Source: Geosiphon pyriformis uo1 (Eukaryota; Fungi; Glomeromycota). Taken from it: 64,000 nt of DNA. The notes beneath the pieces were generated by a model, which worked only from the letters and a program-made list of their open reading frames with translations, was not told the DNA's origin and did not search any database. The stretch covers positions 256,224 through 320,223 of the forward strand of contig JAAOMT010000201.1 in assembly GCA_016748015.1 (NCBI GenBank), written 5' to 3'. A program made the translations under genes and the position numbers. Shown here piece by piece: positions 24,401-37,359 of this stretch (position 1 is its first letter; every line of letters begins with the position of its first letter).

Positions 24401-24892
24401 CTTTTCTTTTTTTTTTTTTCTTTTTTTTTTCTTTCTTATTTTGTTTGTGAAGCAGCAACATAGTAAAATTGATTGTCTGGGAATAGACTTTGTGATAGTC
24501 TGGTAAAAGAGGGAAGCTTCCCCTAAGTTTTGGATATTAACATTATCTTGTTAGCTTACCAGAAGGGCGAAAAGACAATGCCAGACTCTAATGATTCTGC
24601 TTGTTAGCTTGGAGAAGAAAGCTCACATTTACAGAAAACATTGCAATTGACAAAAAACAAACTCTGTGCCTTATAACAAAAAAACTCAACAGGTAAATTC
24701 ACATCCAGGAATAGATCTTCAGAGACTGATAATCAAGACTAAGCCAACAGAATTATACAGAAGATGCATCATCAATAATTGAGAGCACCAAACGTTACTA
24801 TTTTCCATACCCACCAAGTTTACTCATAATATTTGGTGCTCCCTGTGAGATTATAAATCCACAGAGACAGAGCACTCCAGAAATACACAAAA

Positions 24893-27800
24893 GTAGCAAC
24901 TATTAGAACAATAAGAAAGAACCACTTCTTGTACAGAAAAGCACTATTTCAGTACTTTTGAAAAGATCTAGGAATATCAAAAGAAACTACCATCACAGAA
25001 AGTGACTTTTGCAACTATATCAATGCAAAAATCAACTGCTTGTTAGACCATGCAATAGACACAAAAAGACTTGGAGAACAAATCCATCAAAGCTTACTAA
25101 GGTACTTAACAACTACCACTACACAAGCAATCACTGAAACCCTATGCATAGTTGATACAGACATTAAACACTATGTGACAAAACAATTCCCTCAAGTACA
25201 ACAACCAATAGAATCTGATCTGAAAGAATACGAATATGGATCCAATAATTCTACAACTGTCCAAGACAAATCCACAGTCAACAAGAAACCAAGGATCCTC
25301 TTTCTAACAACTCCATCATACCATCAGACACTCCAAAGTAGAATTGTATTCAACCCACCTCTGGAAACCCAGTCAGAAACACCACAAACTCCTGGAAACC
25401 CACACCCTTGAAATCAACAAAGTTGGAACAAATCACTAGAAGAATATGGATCGCTGTTTGGAAATCTTACCCCAGCAGTCAGTCAACCAGAAGGAAACAC
25501 GTCAACTTGGGAACAGCCATCAGCACAAAACCCAATAGAATCAGCATCTCCTCTGATAGAAGGAACAGCTATTCTACAACCTATTGGTTCAAGTGACAAA
25601 GAGAAACAATCAGCATTAGCACCTGGAAAACACTCAAATATGTGGACACCAATTCCCTTAAACATAACCAGTAACACCCCACCCATTAACCAGATCATGG
25701 CTTACTGGAATATTGCTAAATTGGAAAAATTCTCTAGTAAAGAAGATAACGCATATTCTTGGATTGTGGACACCGAAAAAGCAATTACCACTAATGGCTA
25801 GAACAATGACTGCACAATTTAAGCACTGCCATTTTTTCTGACTGGAACTGCCAATTTGTAGTACCAGAGCCTTGCAGAGAAGCCTATCTTCTTTACAGAG
25901 TTTAAACTCACATTTCTGCAATACATCTATAACTTTAATACACTCATCCGATTGCAAAATCAATTCAGTATAATAAAACAAAACAACCATGAAGCAGTAA
26001 CTACTTATCTTAAAAGATTCAATTAGGTCCTTTGACAAATCCTAGCCATTGAGCAGAATTATTATACCATTATGCAAGTTCTTAATCAATTTGTCAAAGG
26101 ACTAAAAAGCAGCTTCCTAAGATCCATATGACCTTGCCATCTGGCAAACCTACAAGAAACAGTCATTCTCATTCGTGATTTTGAGTTGGCCAAGCAAAAA
26201 GTGAATCATATTTAAGCCATTAATTTAGCCATTAATAAAACCTCTGACATTGATGCAAAGATAACCCAATTAAGTGAAAAATTAATTCAGAAAATTGAGG
26301 GATTTTTAGCCGGAAGCACAGAAACTTATTAACCACCACAACAGAGAGAAAATAACAACAATAGCAGATACCCATAGCAACAGAACTGTCAGCAATAGCA
26401 ACAATCTTGGAGATCCGATCCCCACAACTGTTACTACTGCCAGAAACCTGAACACATTGCTCGTAACTGCAGAAAGAAGATAATAGACCAAAATCAGGGG
26501 AACCAATACCAGCAACCCAGATATCAGCAAAGCATGGTACTCCAATATTCCATATCTCAGAATCAACTGCCCCAATACACACAACAAGTTCTGTACACTC
26601 AACCACCACCCCAGAATTATTATCAACTACCACCAATGACACAAACAATTCTTCACTATCAAACTTCCCCTTACAGCCCATTTAGACCTTGAGCCATAGA
26701 CTATAATTAGGGATGGAGGAATTCTAACAACAATCAGATGTAAACCAACAGTGGACTATTTCGACCAATCCCTTGTGGTTCTGTCCAATCTCGACCAACA
26801 CCAACTGGATACCCGAATCAAGCTTTCTATTTCAGTCTTATGGAAGACCAGGGTTTTAACAAATCTATATCTGTAAAAGGGGGGGATGTAGAACAAATTT
26901 TCCAACCTTCCAAGCAAGCAAAAAACAATATCCCACCAACCACTATTACCAAAGACACCACCCTAGCTGCCATATTTCTTTTTGACATCAATAATTTAAA
27001 CACCCATAGCCTTTTTAATGGAGCAGCCATCAATCAGAATAAACCAATAATAGTTCTATACACTGATGCCAGAGTCGGAGGAATAGACATTAAATTAATC
27101 CTAGATAATAGATTAGCTGATAGCATAATTACGAAGCAGCTCATTGACCAACTATGTCACCAAGTAGACCATGTTGCTACTGCCCAGATCATCACAGCAA
27201 ATGGAAACACAAAAACCCCAATAGGAGAAATTACAACTTCCTCTTTGAGATTAATAAAATTCAGATCCCTACCAAAGTACTCGTCATAGAAGCTACTCAA
27301 TATCAAGCTCTAGTGGGAAATAATTGGTTGTCAAAAACCAATGCTACTCTCGACTAAAACACCCAAAAACTTCAATTCATGTTCAATGAACAGTATGTCC
27401 GAGTTTTAGCTATGTGCAGACACTTTAAAACTCAACATACCAAGAAATCTTTTATTGAATTTGAAGACACACTACTGCCACCAACCATCGAGACCTATCA
27501 GGTTTTATGAGCAGATGATTATCAAACTGAACTACTCTTACCACCAACCTGGGAAGAAAAAGAAAAAGACAGAGCTAAAGAAGAGCCCTAATTGTCATCA
27601 ATAAGATACGTAACTTTGGACCAAAGAAATCTATTTTACCAACCTTCAAGACTAATATGTGTTGATTGTGGAAAGAAGCTATCTACTATGGGTGCATGTA
27701 TTGGAGACAACAAAGAATGGCCCACTGCCACCAAATACTACTGCAGATCTTGTTTACTGAAAAGATTTGGACGACCAAAATGACAAGACAAGTGGGACAA

Positions 27801-30682
27801 CACGCTGTGTCTCGCATGTGGCGAGATCCTGCCTGATGAAAAACTTTAGAATAATGTGCCTGGTAGAGGAGGAACATGCAACAAGGCTTGTCAATACACC
27901 ATATTAATCAACGATTGGGTATAAAAGAGAACTCCCATCGAGAACACTTGGAAACGAGCATTCAACAAGTTGGATGGTTATCCACATAATGACCACAAAA
28001 TCTGAAGAATAGCAAGCACCAAAGCCAAAAGTGCCATGCCCGAAGAGATACGAGAAATCAAGGATAACTTCTGGACACCCAAATATAATGAACCTAACTA
28101 TTCTGTAGACAATTTCTTTATGGATGACCCAGATGCATTTCAGAACCAATATCAAGAATTGGTCCCAACTCAAAAAGAACAAGAGCAAAGATTAGCTGAT
28201 TTAAATACCAAACTGTGCGATCACTGTTTGATCCTCTGTTATTTCCAGTACTGCAACAAATGTGATCTCATGTTCAATCTACTTCCAAGAATACTGTTTT
28301 CAATTACCAAACTACCTGAGTCTGAAGAAAAAGAGGTATTGATCACCAAAAACATGTCATTTCAAGATCCAACTGAGGATACTGAAACAGAACAGTATCT
28401 TGCATATTCCAACTTATTCAAAGAACTAGAGCTAAAATAGTACAGTGACAACGAAAAAGAAATCTGTTCCAAAAGAATGCATAATACCAATGCCAGTTTC
28501 AACCTATGATACTCTGGACAATCACCCATCATTATAGCCCCATATTCCCTTGTGAAAATAGATCTTAAAATAGCATTAGAAATTTCTGTTAGTACAATGA
28601 TACAAATTGCCTCTCAATTTAGTCTAGCCAAGAAAAAAATCAACATAAAAGAAGGAATCATTGATGCTGGTTACATAGAGAACATTATTATGATGCTACA
28701 GAACAATTTGGACAGACCCTACAAAATAGAATTACAAGAAAAGATTGTCCAAGCTATCTTCCTACCCCTAGTCAAAATACCCCAATTGACCCTAGTAACA
28801 ATTTGAGAAGAATTAAGCCTCACTGCCTAAGAAATCAACAGGTTTGGATCAAGTAGAAGAGGAAATGTACCAGTTAATTTCACAGAGAAAGACAGTGACC
28901 AAGTAGAATTTATCTATACTGACACTATTATCTCCATTCCCCATACCGACAATACATCTTCAAAGTGAATTGAAAGATCCAAGATCAAGCTCTATTATTT
29001 GAAGCCAGTTCCGAAATCTGTTTTCTAGCTAATGTTGCTAATTTATACCTACTGGCCAAAGCCCATAAACACTTCAAAATTTTCATTCACAACCTGACAG
29101 AAGATGTCATTGAAATCCCCAATGAGATCCTTGTCAGTTCCATATCCACAAATATTCAGAATCCTGAAAAACCCCAGTCCATTCCAGACTTCGCACAATT
29201 ATTTTTATTCTGCGATATTATCTCACAAATATAGAATTTGCCAAAAAAAAGTTACTTGTTTATATCAGAAGAGATCAATAAATTGAATTTAGGAAACTTA
29301 AGTACCTTACAACAAATGCAACTCAAAGTCCTTCTGAATCAGCATGCTGATGTCTTTGCCAGTGAAAATGAATTCAAACACACCAACATCATAAAGCATT
29401 AGATTGATACAAGAGACACTTGACCAATTAAGCAACAAGCTTACCATGTACTTCCATCTGGTGATAACCTAATTAAGCAAGAAATGCAATGAATGCTTGA
29501 TAATGGCTTAATTAAAGAATCGTTAAGCCCTTGGTCCTCTCCAGTAGTCCTGGTCACCAAGAAAAATGGAAAGGTACAATTCTGCGTGGATTACCAAAAA
29601 TTAAATAGCATCACACAAGAAAATAGTTATTCTACTTCTCTCATCCAAGAAATTCTGGACAATCTAGGAAAAAAGAAATAGTTCTCATTATTAGATCTAG
29701 CAAGTGGTTATTGGCAAGTTGAAATAGACCCCAAAGACAAAAGAAAAACAGCATTTATCACTCGAGACGAAAACTTCAAGTTTAACATAATGCCTTTGGA
29801 CTTTGTAATACTCCTGCCATATTTCAACACCTGATGGATGTAATATACAAAAAAATTCTTTGGAAATTAGTAGTAGTCTACCTAGATGACACAAATGTGT
29901 TCTCCAAAACATTTGATGACCATTTGCTCCATCTGCAACAAGCCTTCAAATGCCTTTGTAGTGCTGAATTGAAACTCAATCCCGAGAAGTGCTTCTTTGG
30001 AAAAACTGAGTTAAAGTTCCTAGGACATGTAATTGGCAAGGACAGAGTTAAACCCGATCCAGATAAAGTACAAAAAGTCAAGAATTTTCTAGCTCCAATT
30101 AACTTCAGAGAATTATAAGGATTTCTAAGATTGGCAGGATATTATTGTTGATTTGTCAAAAGTTTCTCGAACATCACAAAACCACTCCATCAATTGTTGT
30201 CCAAATACATACCATACTTGTGGAAAGAAGATCAACAGAAAGCATTCAACTATCTCAAGCAGTGATTGATCACATCTTCAATCCTGATCTACTTAGATTT
30301 TACTAAATGGTTCATTGTCACTATGAATGCCTTGAAAAATGCTTTAGGAGCAGTATTATCCCAAATAGGACCAGACAATAGAGAACATCTAGTTACTTAT
30401 GCCAGTCACAGCATAAGCCCAGCAGAAAAGAATTACAGCACAACAGATCTGGAATGCCTTGCCATTTATTGGGCCATACAGACTTAGAAACATTACCTCA
30501 ATCAACCATTTGACCTATATATTAATCACAAAGGACTTATTTGGTTACTTAATAATCCATAATTAGAAAGAAAATATGTAAGATGGAGTACTTATCTGCA
30601 ACAATTCTCACTCAAAGTCCATTACAAGAAAGAATCCAAGAACACCAATGCTGACAGTTTGTCAAGAATGCCACAAACTTAA
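24893..30682 (+). pseudogene. gag-PR-Cys-rich-dUTPase-RT-RNase H of family B element (degenerate)
   Basis: ORF fragments 25040-30487; dUTPase GIIDAGY..IVQAIF..GFGS; RT SPWSSPVV, VYLDD; RNase H ends NADSLSRMPQT*. Confidence 0.85.
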
Positions 30683-30692
30683 TCCCAGATCT

Positions 30693-32060
30693 ATGAACAC
30701 ATTCACTTATCAATAACTACATCAATATCTATCGACACTACATTTCAAAGAGATATTATCTCAACAGAAACAAAGTACTATAAGAAAACAAGCCCGAAAT
30801 TATTTTATTCAAGACAACCAACTATATCAACAAAAATGCCGAAACCACCCCACTCCATAATGACTAATCAAGAACAGTAAAAGAGAAACTATACTATATA
30901 GCATGCACTCAGATCCAATGTCAGGACACTTTAACAAAGATGCTAACCTTAAAAGAACACTAAATTTATACTATTGGCCAATGATATACAAAGATATTTT
31001 CGAATACATGCTTAATTGTGACACATGTCAGCAAAGAGGAGGAGCAAGATCAACAGAACCACTTTGACCCATTCCAGTTGGAAATCCATTTGATAGAATT
31101 GGGATTGATTTGGTTAATTCTTTTTCAATTACATCTAAAGAAAATCAGTATATTGCTGTAGCCGTTGATTATCTTACAAAATGGCCAGAAGCCAGAGCAA
31201 TTCAAGTGGCCAATGCCAAAACAGTAGCCAAGTTTGTACATTAAGACCTAATTTGCCAACATGGATGTCTAAAAAAATTGTTATCTGATCAAGGAACGCA
31301 TTTTGTCAATAATATGTTAACAGAATTAAACCAACAGTTTGGTATAAAACATTCTTTATCATCATCATACCACCCACAAACTAATGGACTGGTAAAATGG
31401 TTTAATCAAACACTGTGTAAAGCACTAGCAAAAATAAGTCAAGAAAACAAACAAGAATGGGACCTATTCATATCTTCAGTACTCTTTGCATACTGAACAC
31501 TAAAGCAAAATATGACACACTTCACATCATTCGAACTAGTCTATGGAAGAAAAGCTATGTTATCTATTAAACAAAAAATATTGTTCTACTCAACAAAAAC
31601 AATTACCAAAGAGAATTTTAAAGCTACTTTGTACTACAAAATGTACCAGTTAATGGAAACATTAGAAAACAATCGAAAAACAGCAGCTGATAACATTAGT
31701 AACACTCAAAAACAACAAAAAAAAAGACATAACAATTGCTTATTTGAACAACCAATAGAATTCAAGATTGAAGACCAGATACTGTTATATTGTACAAAAG
31801 CTGAGAAACAGTGGAGTGGAAAGTTCGACCCAAAGTGGGACAGTCCATTCCACATACATAAAGCTTTAGGAAATAGAGCTTACAAACTACAATTGGAAGA
31901 CAGAATTTTAAAGAAAGTAGTGCATGAAAATTGGTTAAAAATTTATTATGCAAAACAGGAATCATCATCATCAGTACCTCAACTAAGAACACAAATTTCA
32001 TTAATCAGACCAGAAGATATACCATGAAATCTGAAACCAATCATCATTATCGAAATGTAG
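30693..32060 (+). pseudogene. Integrase of family B element (degenerate)
   Basis: HHCC (MHSD..GH..CDTCQ), GIDL, SDQG, YHPQTNG, GPF-like W(D)SPFHI; no chromodomain seen. Confidence 0.9.
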
Positions 32061-32140
32061 ACAACATGCAGCAAATTAAATTGGGGAATTCAAATATATA
32101 TAGCATCTGAAAAGCAGCAAGAAACGATAGAAATTTCAAC

Positions 32141-32875
32141 ATGGATCTTTCAGATCAAATTTTAAAATTATCTAAACAATTATTTGAAACAATTCAAAAA
32201 TCAACATCTCAAATAGAAATAACAATTAATAAAAAAGAGATATGGTACAAAGATAAGAGCAGGAGAGGGGAGAACAAAAGTTCAATTAAAACTAAATGTT
32301 TTTTTTTCTACCCACCACCCAAAAGACAATGTTGGAGGAAAAATTGTTTTCAGACAGAAGGTGAAGAAGAAAAAGGCAAAGAACAAGAAAAAAATTACAA
32401 AAGAAGATACTTGGTCTCTGAACTCGAAAAAATAAAAGAAACTTTAGCTTGTAGGACCGAACTCCCTGAAACAGGAAAGTGGACACTTGACAATGCCCAG
32501 GAATGGAAAAAAAAACTTCCTTTAGCTTATTGGTTCTACAAAATTGGAGAACAGCTTGACTTGAAGACACCATACGAAGACTTCAACCAGAAAATGTTCA
32601 ACAAAGAAGCAATACAACAAGTAAAAAAATTTGTAGGGAAAAACAATCTGACTCTACATTACAAAGCAGCATACTGACTATACACCACCTTCCAATATTG
32701 CCCAAATGTACTATTGAACAGATCTATGAAAACCATAATGGTTAACAACATAGGATGAATAACCAATTAACAGTTCAAAGACCTATAAAAGACAATATTT
32801 GAGACAACAATCGAACATTACACAAACAAAGCCATGATAACAGATACATATGGTTTTGCAAGAGCTCAATTTTAA
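32141..32875 (+). pseudogene. Extra 3' ORF (ORF3, ~245 codons) of family B element, unknown function
   Basis: ATG 32141, same frame continues past decay stops to GFARAQF* abutting the PPT; homologues in five other copies. Confidence 0.75.
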
Positions 32876-35800
32876 AAAGAGGAGGATAATATTACCCAAG
32901 TAGAAAAACCAATCCAAAGTTATGAAGAAACATGACATAACACAGAATAGCGCAATAATGTTGGATAACGTGTTATAACATAGGATAATGTGTTATAACA
33001 CAGGATAACAAAGAATAGCACGCAATAACATAGAATAATGTGTTATAATACAGGATAACACAGAATAACATGTAATAATGTCAGATAATGTGTTATAACA
33101 TAGGATAACTAGCAATAATATAGAAAAACAAAGCAATAACAGAAATAACAAAGCAATAACTAGTGATAGCGAGACAATTGAAAGCAATCCTGTAAAACCA
33201 AAAAAATGTATAAAAAGCAAGTAGTTGTAGAAGTTAGAAAAGGCAGACAAATAGATAGATACAAATCTCTAGACAAGAATCAAATATCCATACCCTTTCA
33301 TCATTTTTCTCCCTATTTTATCTTCTGAAATAACCAATTATTAAAGAAATCAGAGTCATAAATTCATGTTCCTAAACTTCATGGAATTTACATGAATTAA
33401 CCCTTGTCTCATACTTTCATTTTAGGACAGATGCTCTTAGCATAACTGCCTCAAACAATCAATAATTTGGACCAATCACTCTTGATCATGGCGATTAATG
33501 ATACTAATTTATCTTTTCTTTCTTATTTTTTTTGTGGAGTGGCAACATAGTAAAATTGACTGTCTGAGAATAGACTTCATGATAGCCTGGTAAAAGAGGG
33601 AAGCTCCCTCTAAGTTTTGAATATTAACATTATCTTGTTAGCTTACCAGAAGGGTGAAAAAACAATGCCAGACTTTAATGATTGCACTCATTAGCTCGGA
33701 GAAGAAAGCTCACATTTACGGAAAACATTGTAATTAATGAAAAACAAACTCTGTGCCTTATAACAAAAGAACTCAATAGGTAAATTCACATTCAGAAATA
33801 GATCTTTAGAGACTAATAATCAAGACTAAGCCAACAAAATTATGGTAGAAGACATATCATTAATAATTGAGAGCACCAAATATTATCATTTCTCATACCC
33901 ACCAAGTTTATCCATAACAACAAATTCAGCAATGAATTCTGCATCTGCTCTTTGAATGGCTTTTGCTTCTGGCCATTTAATGAGATAATCTATAGCTACT
34001 ACAATGTATCTGTTGCTTCTGCTAGTAATTGTTAATGATCCAACTAAGTCAATTCCAATTTGATCAAATAATTGTCCCACTTTGATTGGTCTTAATGGTT
34101 TACTTAGTCTTATTCCACCTCTTCTCTAACAAGCATTACAATTCTAAACATATTGGATGATGTCTGGATACATTAATGACCAATAGTATTTTTTTCTGGT
34201 TTTTTCTATGGTTGTTTCTTTATGAAAATGTCCTGTTGCTGGATCTGAGTGCATGTTAAACAGTATTGTTTCTTTTTCAGGTTCTGTAATTACTCTGGTT
34301 GGTTGATTTGGATTTCTTTGGTTTTTCTGGTACAGTATATTTTGATAATTGATAAAATATTTTAATTGCTGTTTTATGTTGTTTTGTTCTTTTTAAGATA
34401 ATTTCTCCTTAAACAATTGGGTATTTATATAATGTTGGAGTTGTTGGTATTTTTGTATATTTATTTTTTGTTATATTTTTGTGTTGAAATGTTTTTAGAT
34501 TTGTTTTATTCGTGACAATCCATCAGCATTTCTGTTGTCTTTTCCTTTTTTATAATGTACTGTATAATTGAATAGTAAAAGTTCTATTTTCCATCTGACA
34601 TGGCAGTTGTCTCTGAATTCTTGTTTCTGAATTGAAGTCCATCCTTTGTGATTAGTATACACCTCAAACTTTTGGTTTAAGTATTCTCTCCATTTGATAA
34701 CAGCCCAATAGATTGCTAAGTGTTCTAGTGCTGAAGTTTTATAGTTCTTTTCAGCTGGACTTAAGCTTCTACTGGCATAAGCTACTGGATGTTCTTTTTC
34801 ATCTGGTTTTTTCTGTGATAGTATGGCTCCTAATACTTGGCCTGATGCATTGGTGGTAATGATAAATGGTTTGTTGTGGTCTGAATACATCAACACTGGA
34901 GCTTAAATAAGCTTCTGTCTCAGTGTGTTAAATGCTTTTTGTTGAGCTTTTGTCCATTCATACTTGACATTCTTAGTTTGTAGATAATAAAGCAGCTGAG
35001 CCAGTTTAGAAAAGTCCTTGATAAAACAATGATAGTAGTCTGCAAATCCCAAAAATGCTCTTAATTCCATCAAATTGGTTGGTACTGAAAAGTTCTTTAC
35101 TATGGCAATCTTATCTGAATCTGTTTTTATACTATATTTGCTTACAACATGTCCCAAAAACTTGAGTTCATTTTTTTCAAAAAAATATTTAGTTGCATTT
35201 AGTTGCAATCCGGCTCTTCTGAGTCTTTCAAATACTTGTTAGAGATAATGCAGATGATTATTGAATATTTTTGAGAACACATTGATATCATCCAAGTATA
35301 TGACTACTGATTTTCATAACAGTCTAGTATAGAAAATACCCATAAGCCATTGAAATATTGCTGGAGTATTTATTAAGCCAAATAATATTACTTCAAATTT
35401 GAAATTCTCTTTTTGTGTAGTGAAAGCTGTTTTTTCTTTATCTTCTGGTTTTATAGCTACTTTCCAGTAACTGCTGTCTAGATCTAATGTTGAGAATCAT
35501 TTTTTTCCTCCAAAAGTGTCAAACAGCTCTTGAATCTTTGGAGTTGGGTAGCTGTCTCCTTTTGTTACTCCATTCAATTTCCAGTAGTTTACACAAAAAC
35601 GGATTTTTTCATTTTTCTTCTGGACTAGTACCACTGGTAATGACCATGGGCTCATTAATGGCTGAATTAGCCCATTGTCAAGCATTTGATTGATTTCTTG
35701 ACGAATGATTTTATGGCTGGCTGGTGGTACTCTGTATGCTCTTTGTTTAATTGGCATTGTATCTCCAGTCTTGATTTGATGTTAGATAATATCAGTTCTG

Positions 35801-37359
35801 CCAAATTCGTTTTTGCTGGCAAAAATGTCATTGAATTTGTTGAGTAACATTTTTAGTTGCATCTGCTGAAGTGAGTCTAGATTCCCTATATTCATCTGTT
35901 CCAATTGTTCTGGTTGGAGCAGATAACATTCACTTTGTCCATAGATGGTTTGTGATGTGATGTCTACATATTCACAAAGCTGTGGAAAATCTGGAATATG
36001 GTTTGGTAGTTGATCTTCAACTTCAGTGGTTAAATATCCAATGATGGTTTTCTTTGGTATTTCAATGACATTTTCCATTGTATTATAAATGGGAATTTTG
36101 ATGTTTTTTGGGCTTTTGGCTGATATGTAAAAATTAGTGAGTCCAATCTCTCCTGATTCACAGATGGTGGCTTCTGCTTCAAACAGCTAAGCTTGATCTT
36201 TCACTTCTCTTTTTATGGCTAATATATACTGGTCATATGGTGAAATAGAAATTGATTGACAGGTTGAGATAATTTCTTCTTTGTCAATAACCTCTTCTTT
36301 TACCATATTAATTGGTATATCTATTCTATCTGTTGATCTGAATCCTTGTATCTCTCTAGCAGTAATCCTTAATTCTTCCCTGTTTCCCATTGACATTAAG
36401 TTAGCTATTTTCACCAGAGGTAGAAATATTGCCTGTGCTATCTTTTCATTTGGCTCTATCATGTAGGCCTTTTCTGAGTTATTTTGTAGCATGGCAATAA
36501 TATTTCCTACATATCCTGCATCAATTATTTCTTCTTTGATGTTGATTCTCTTTTTGGATAAACTACTTCTAGATGTTAACTGAACTATTGTTGTTGCTGG
36601 AATTTTCAATGCTATTTTGAGATCAATGCAGGTGTGTGAATGAAGTTCTAATTTTATGGTATCTTTTCCTGAATATCTTAAATCAAATTCTGCATCAATA
36701 TCATGCACACGTTTTAGCATGATACCTTCATTGTTATCACTGAATTATTTCAGTTTCTGCTCTTTGGTAAAGTCAGAAAGTGCAATAAATGTTTCGGGGT
36801 TTGAATTAGAGTCCGAATTGTTGTTATTTCTATTGGCATTTTGAGCAGAGCTAGAACTGTTATTTTTATTGTCATCATTGTTGGAGTTTGAATCGGGATT
36901 GAAACTTGATCCCGATTGTGATATGCAGCTGTTTATTGGTTTGTCCTCTTCTGGAATTGTGTAGATTATGCATGGTAGTGAATTGTAAATGAGGTCACAC
37001 TCATTACAATATTGGAAGTTACAGAGAATCAAACAGTGGTCATATAGTTGAGTGTTGATTTCTTCCAAGCATTGCTTCTGCTCTTTTCTTGTAAGTGTTA
37101 GCTCTTGATAGTGTTTGTGGAATTGTTCTGGATCCAACAGATTTATGACTAGTTCTGGGTTTCAGTTAAGTTCTATGGGTTCAAGTGAGTTATATTTAAT
37201 TGTTTTTATTTTTTCTGGTGATGCTTCTTCAATTTTAGTGAGTGCCATTTGCCAAATTTTGTCATCATCATGTGGACATCCATCCAAACATTTGACTGCT
37301 CATTTCCAGGTGGCATCTATGGGTGTTTTCTTTTTCACCCAGTCGCTTATGAAAATCAT

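Larger units (their letters stand above)
23773..33919 (+). mobile_element. Full-length decayed Gypsy family B element (~10.1 kb): LTRs 23773-24831 and 32890-33919
   Basis: Paired LTRs, PBS TGGTGCTCCCTGTGAG (24834), PPT before 32890, TSD ATGA/ACAA; CCHC knuckle CYYCQKPEHIARNC, protease, dUTPase, RT YLDD, RNase H, integrase. Confidence 0.95.

Noticed and set aside
32141-32875. env gene
   Set aside because: No signal peptide or transmembrane anchor evident; too short and hydrophilic.
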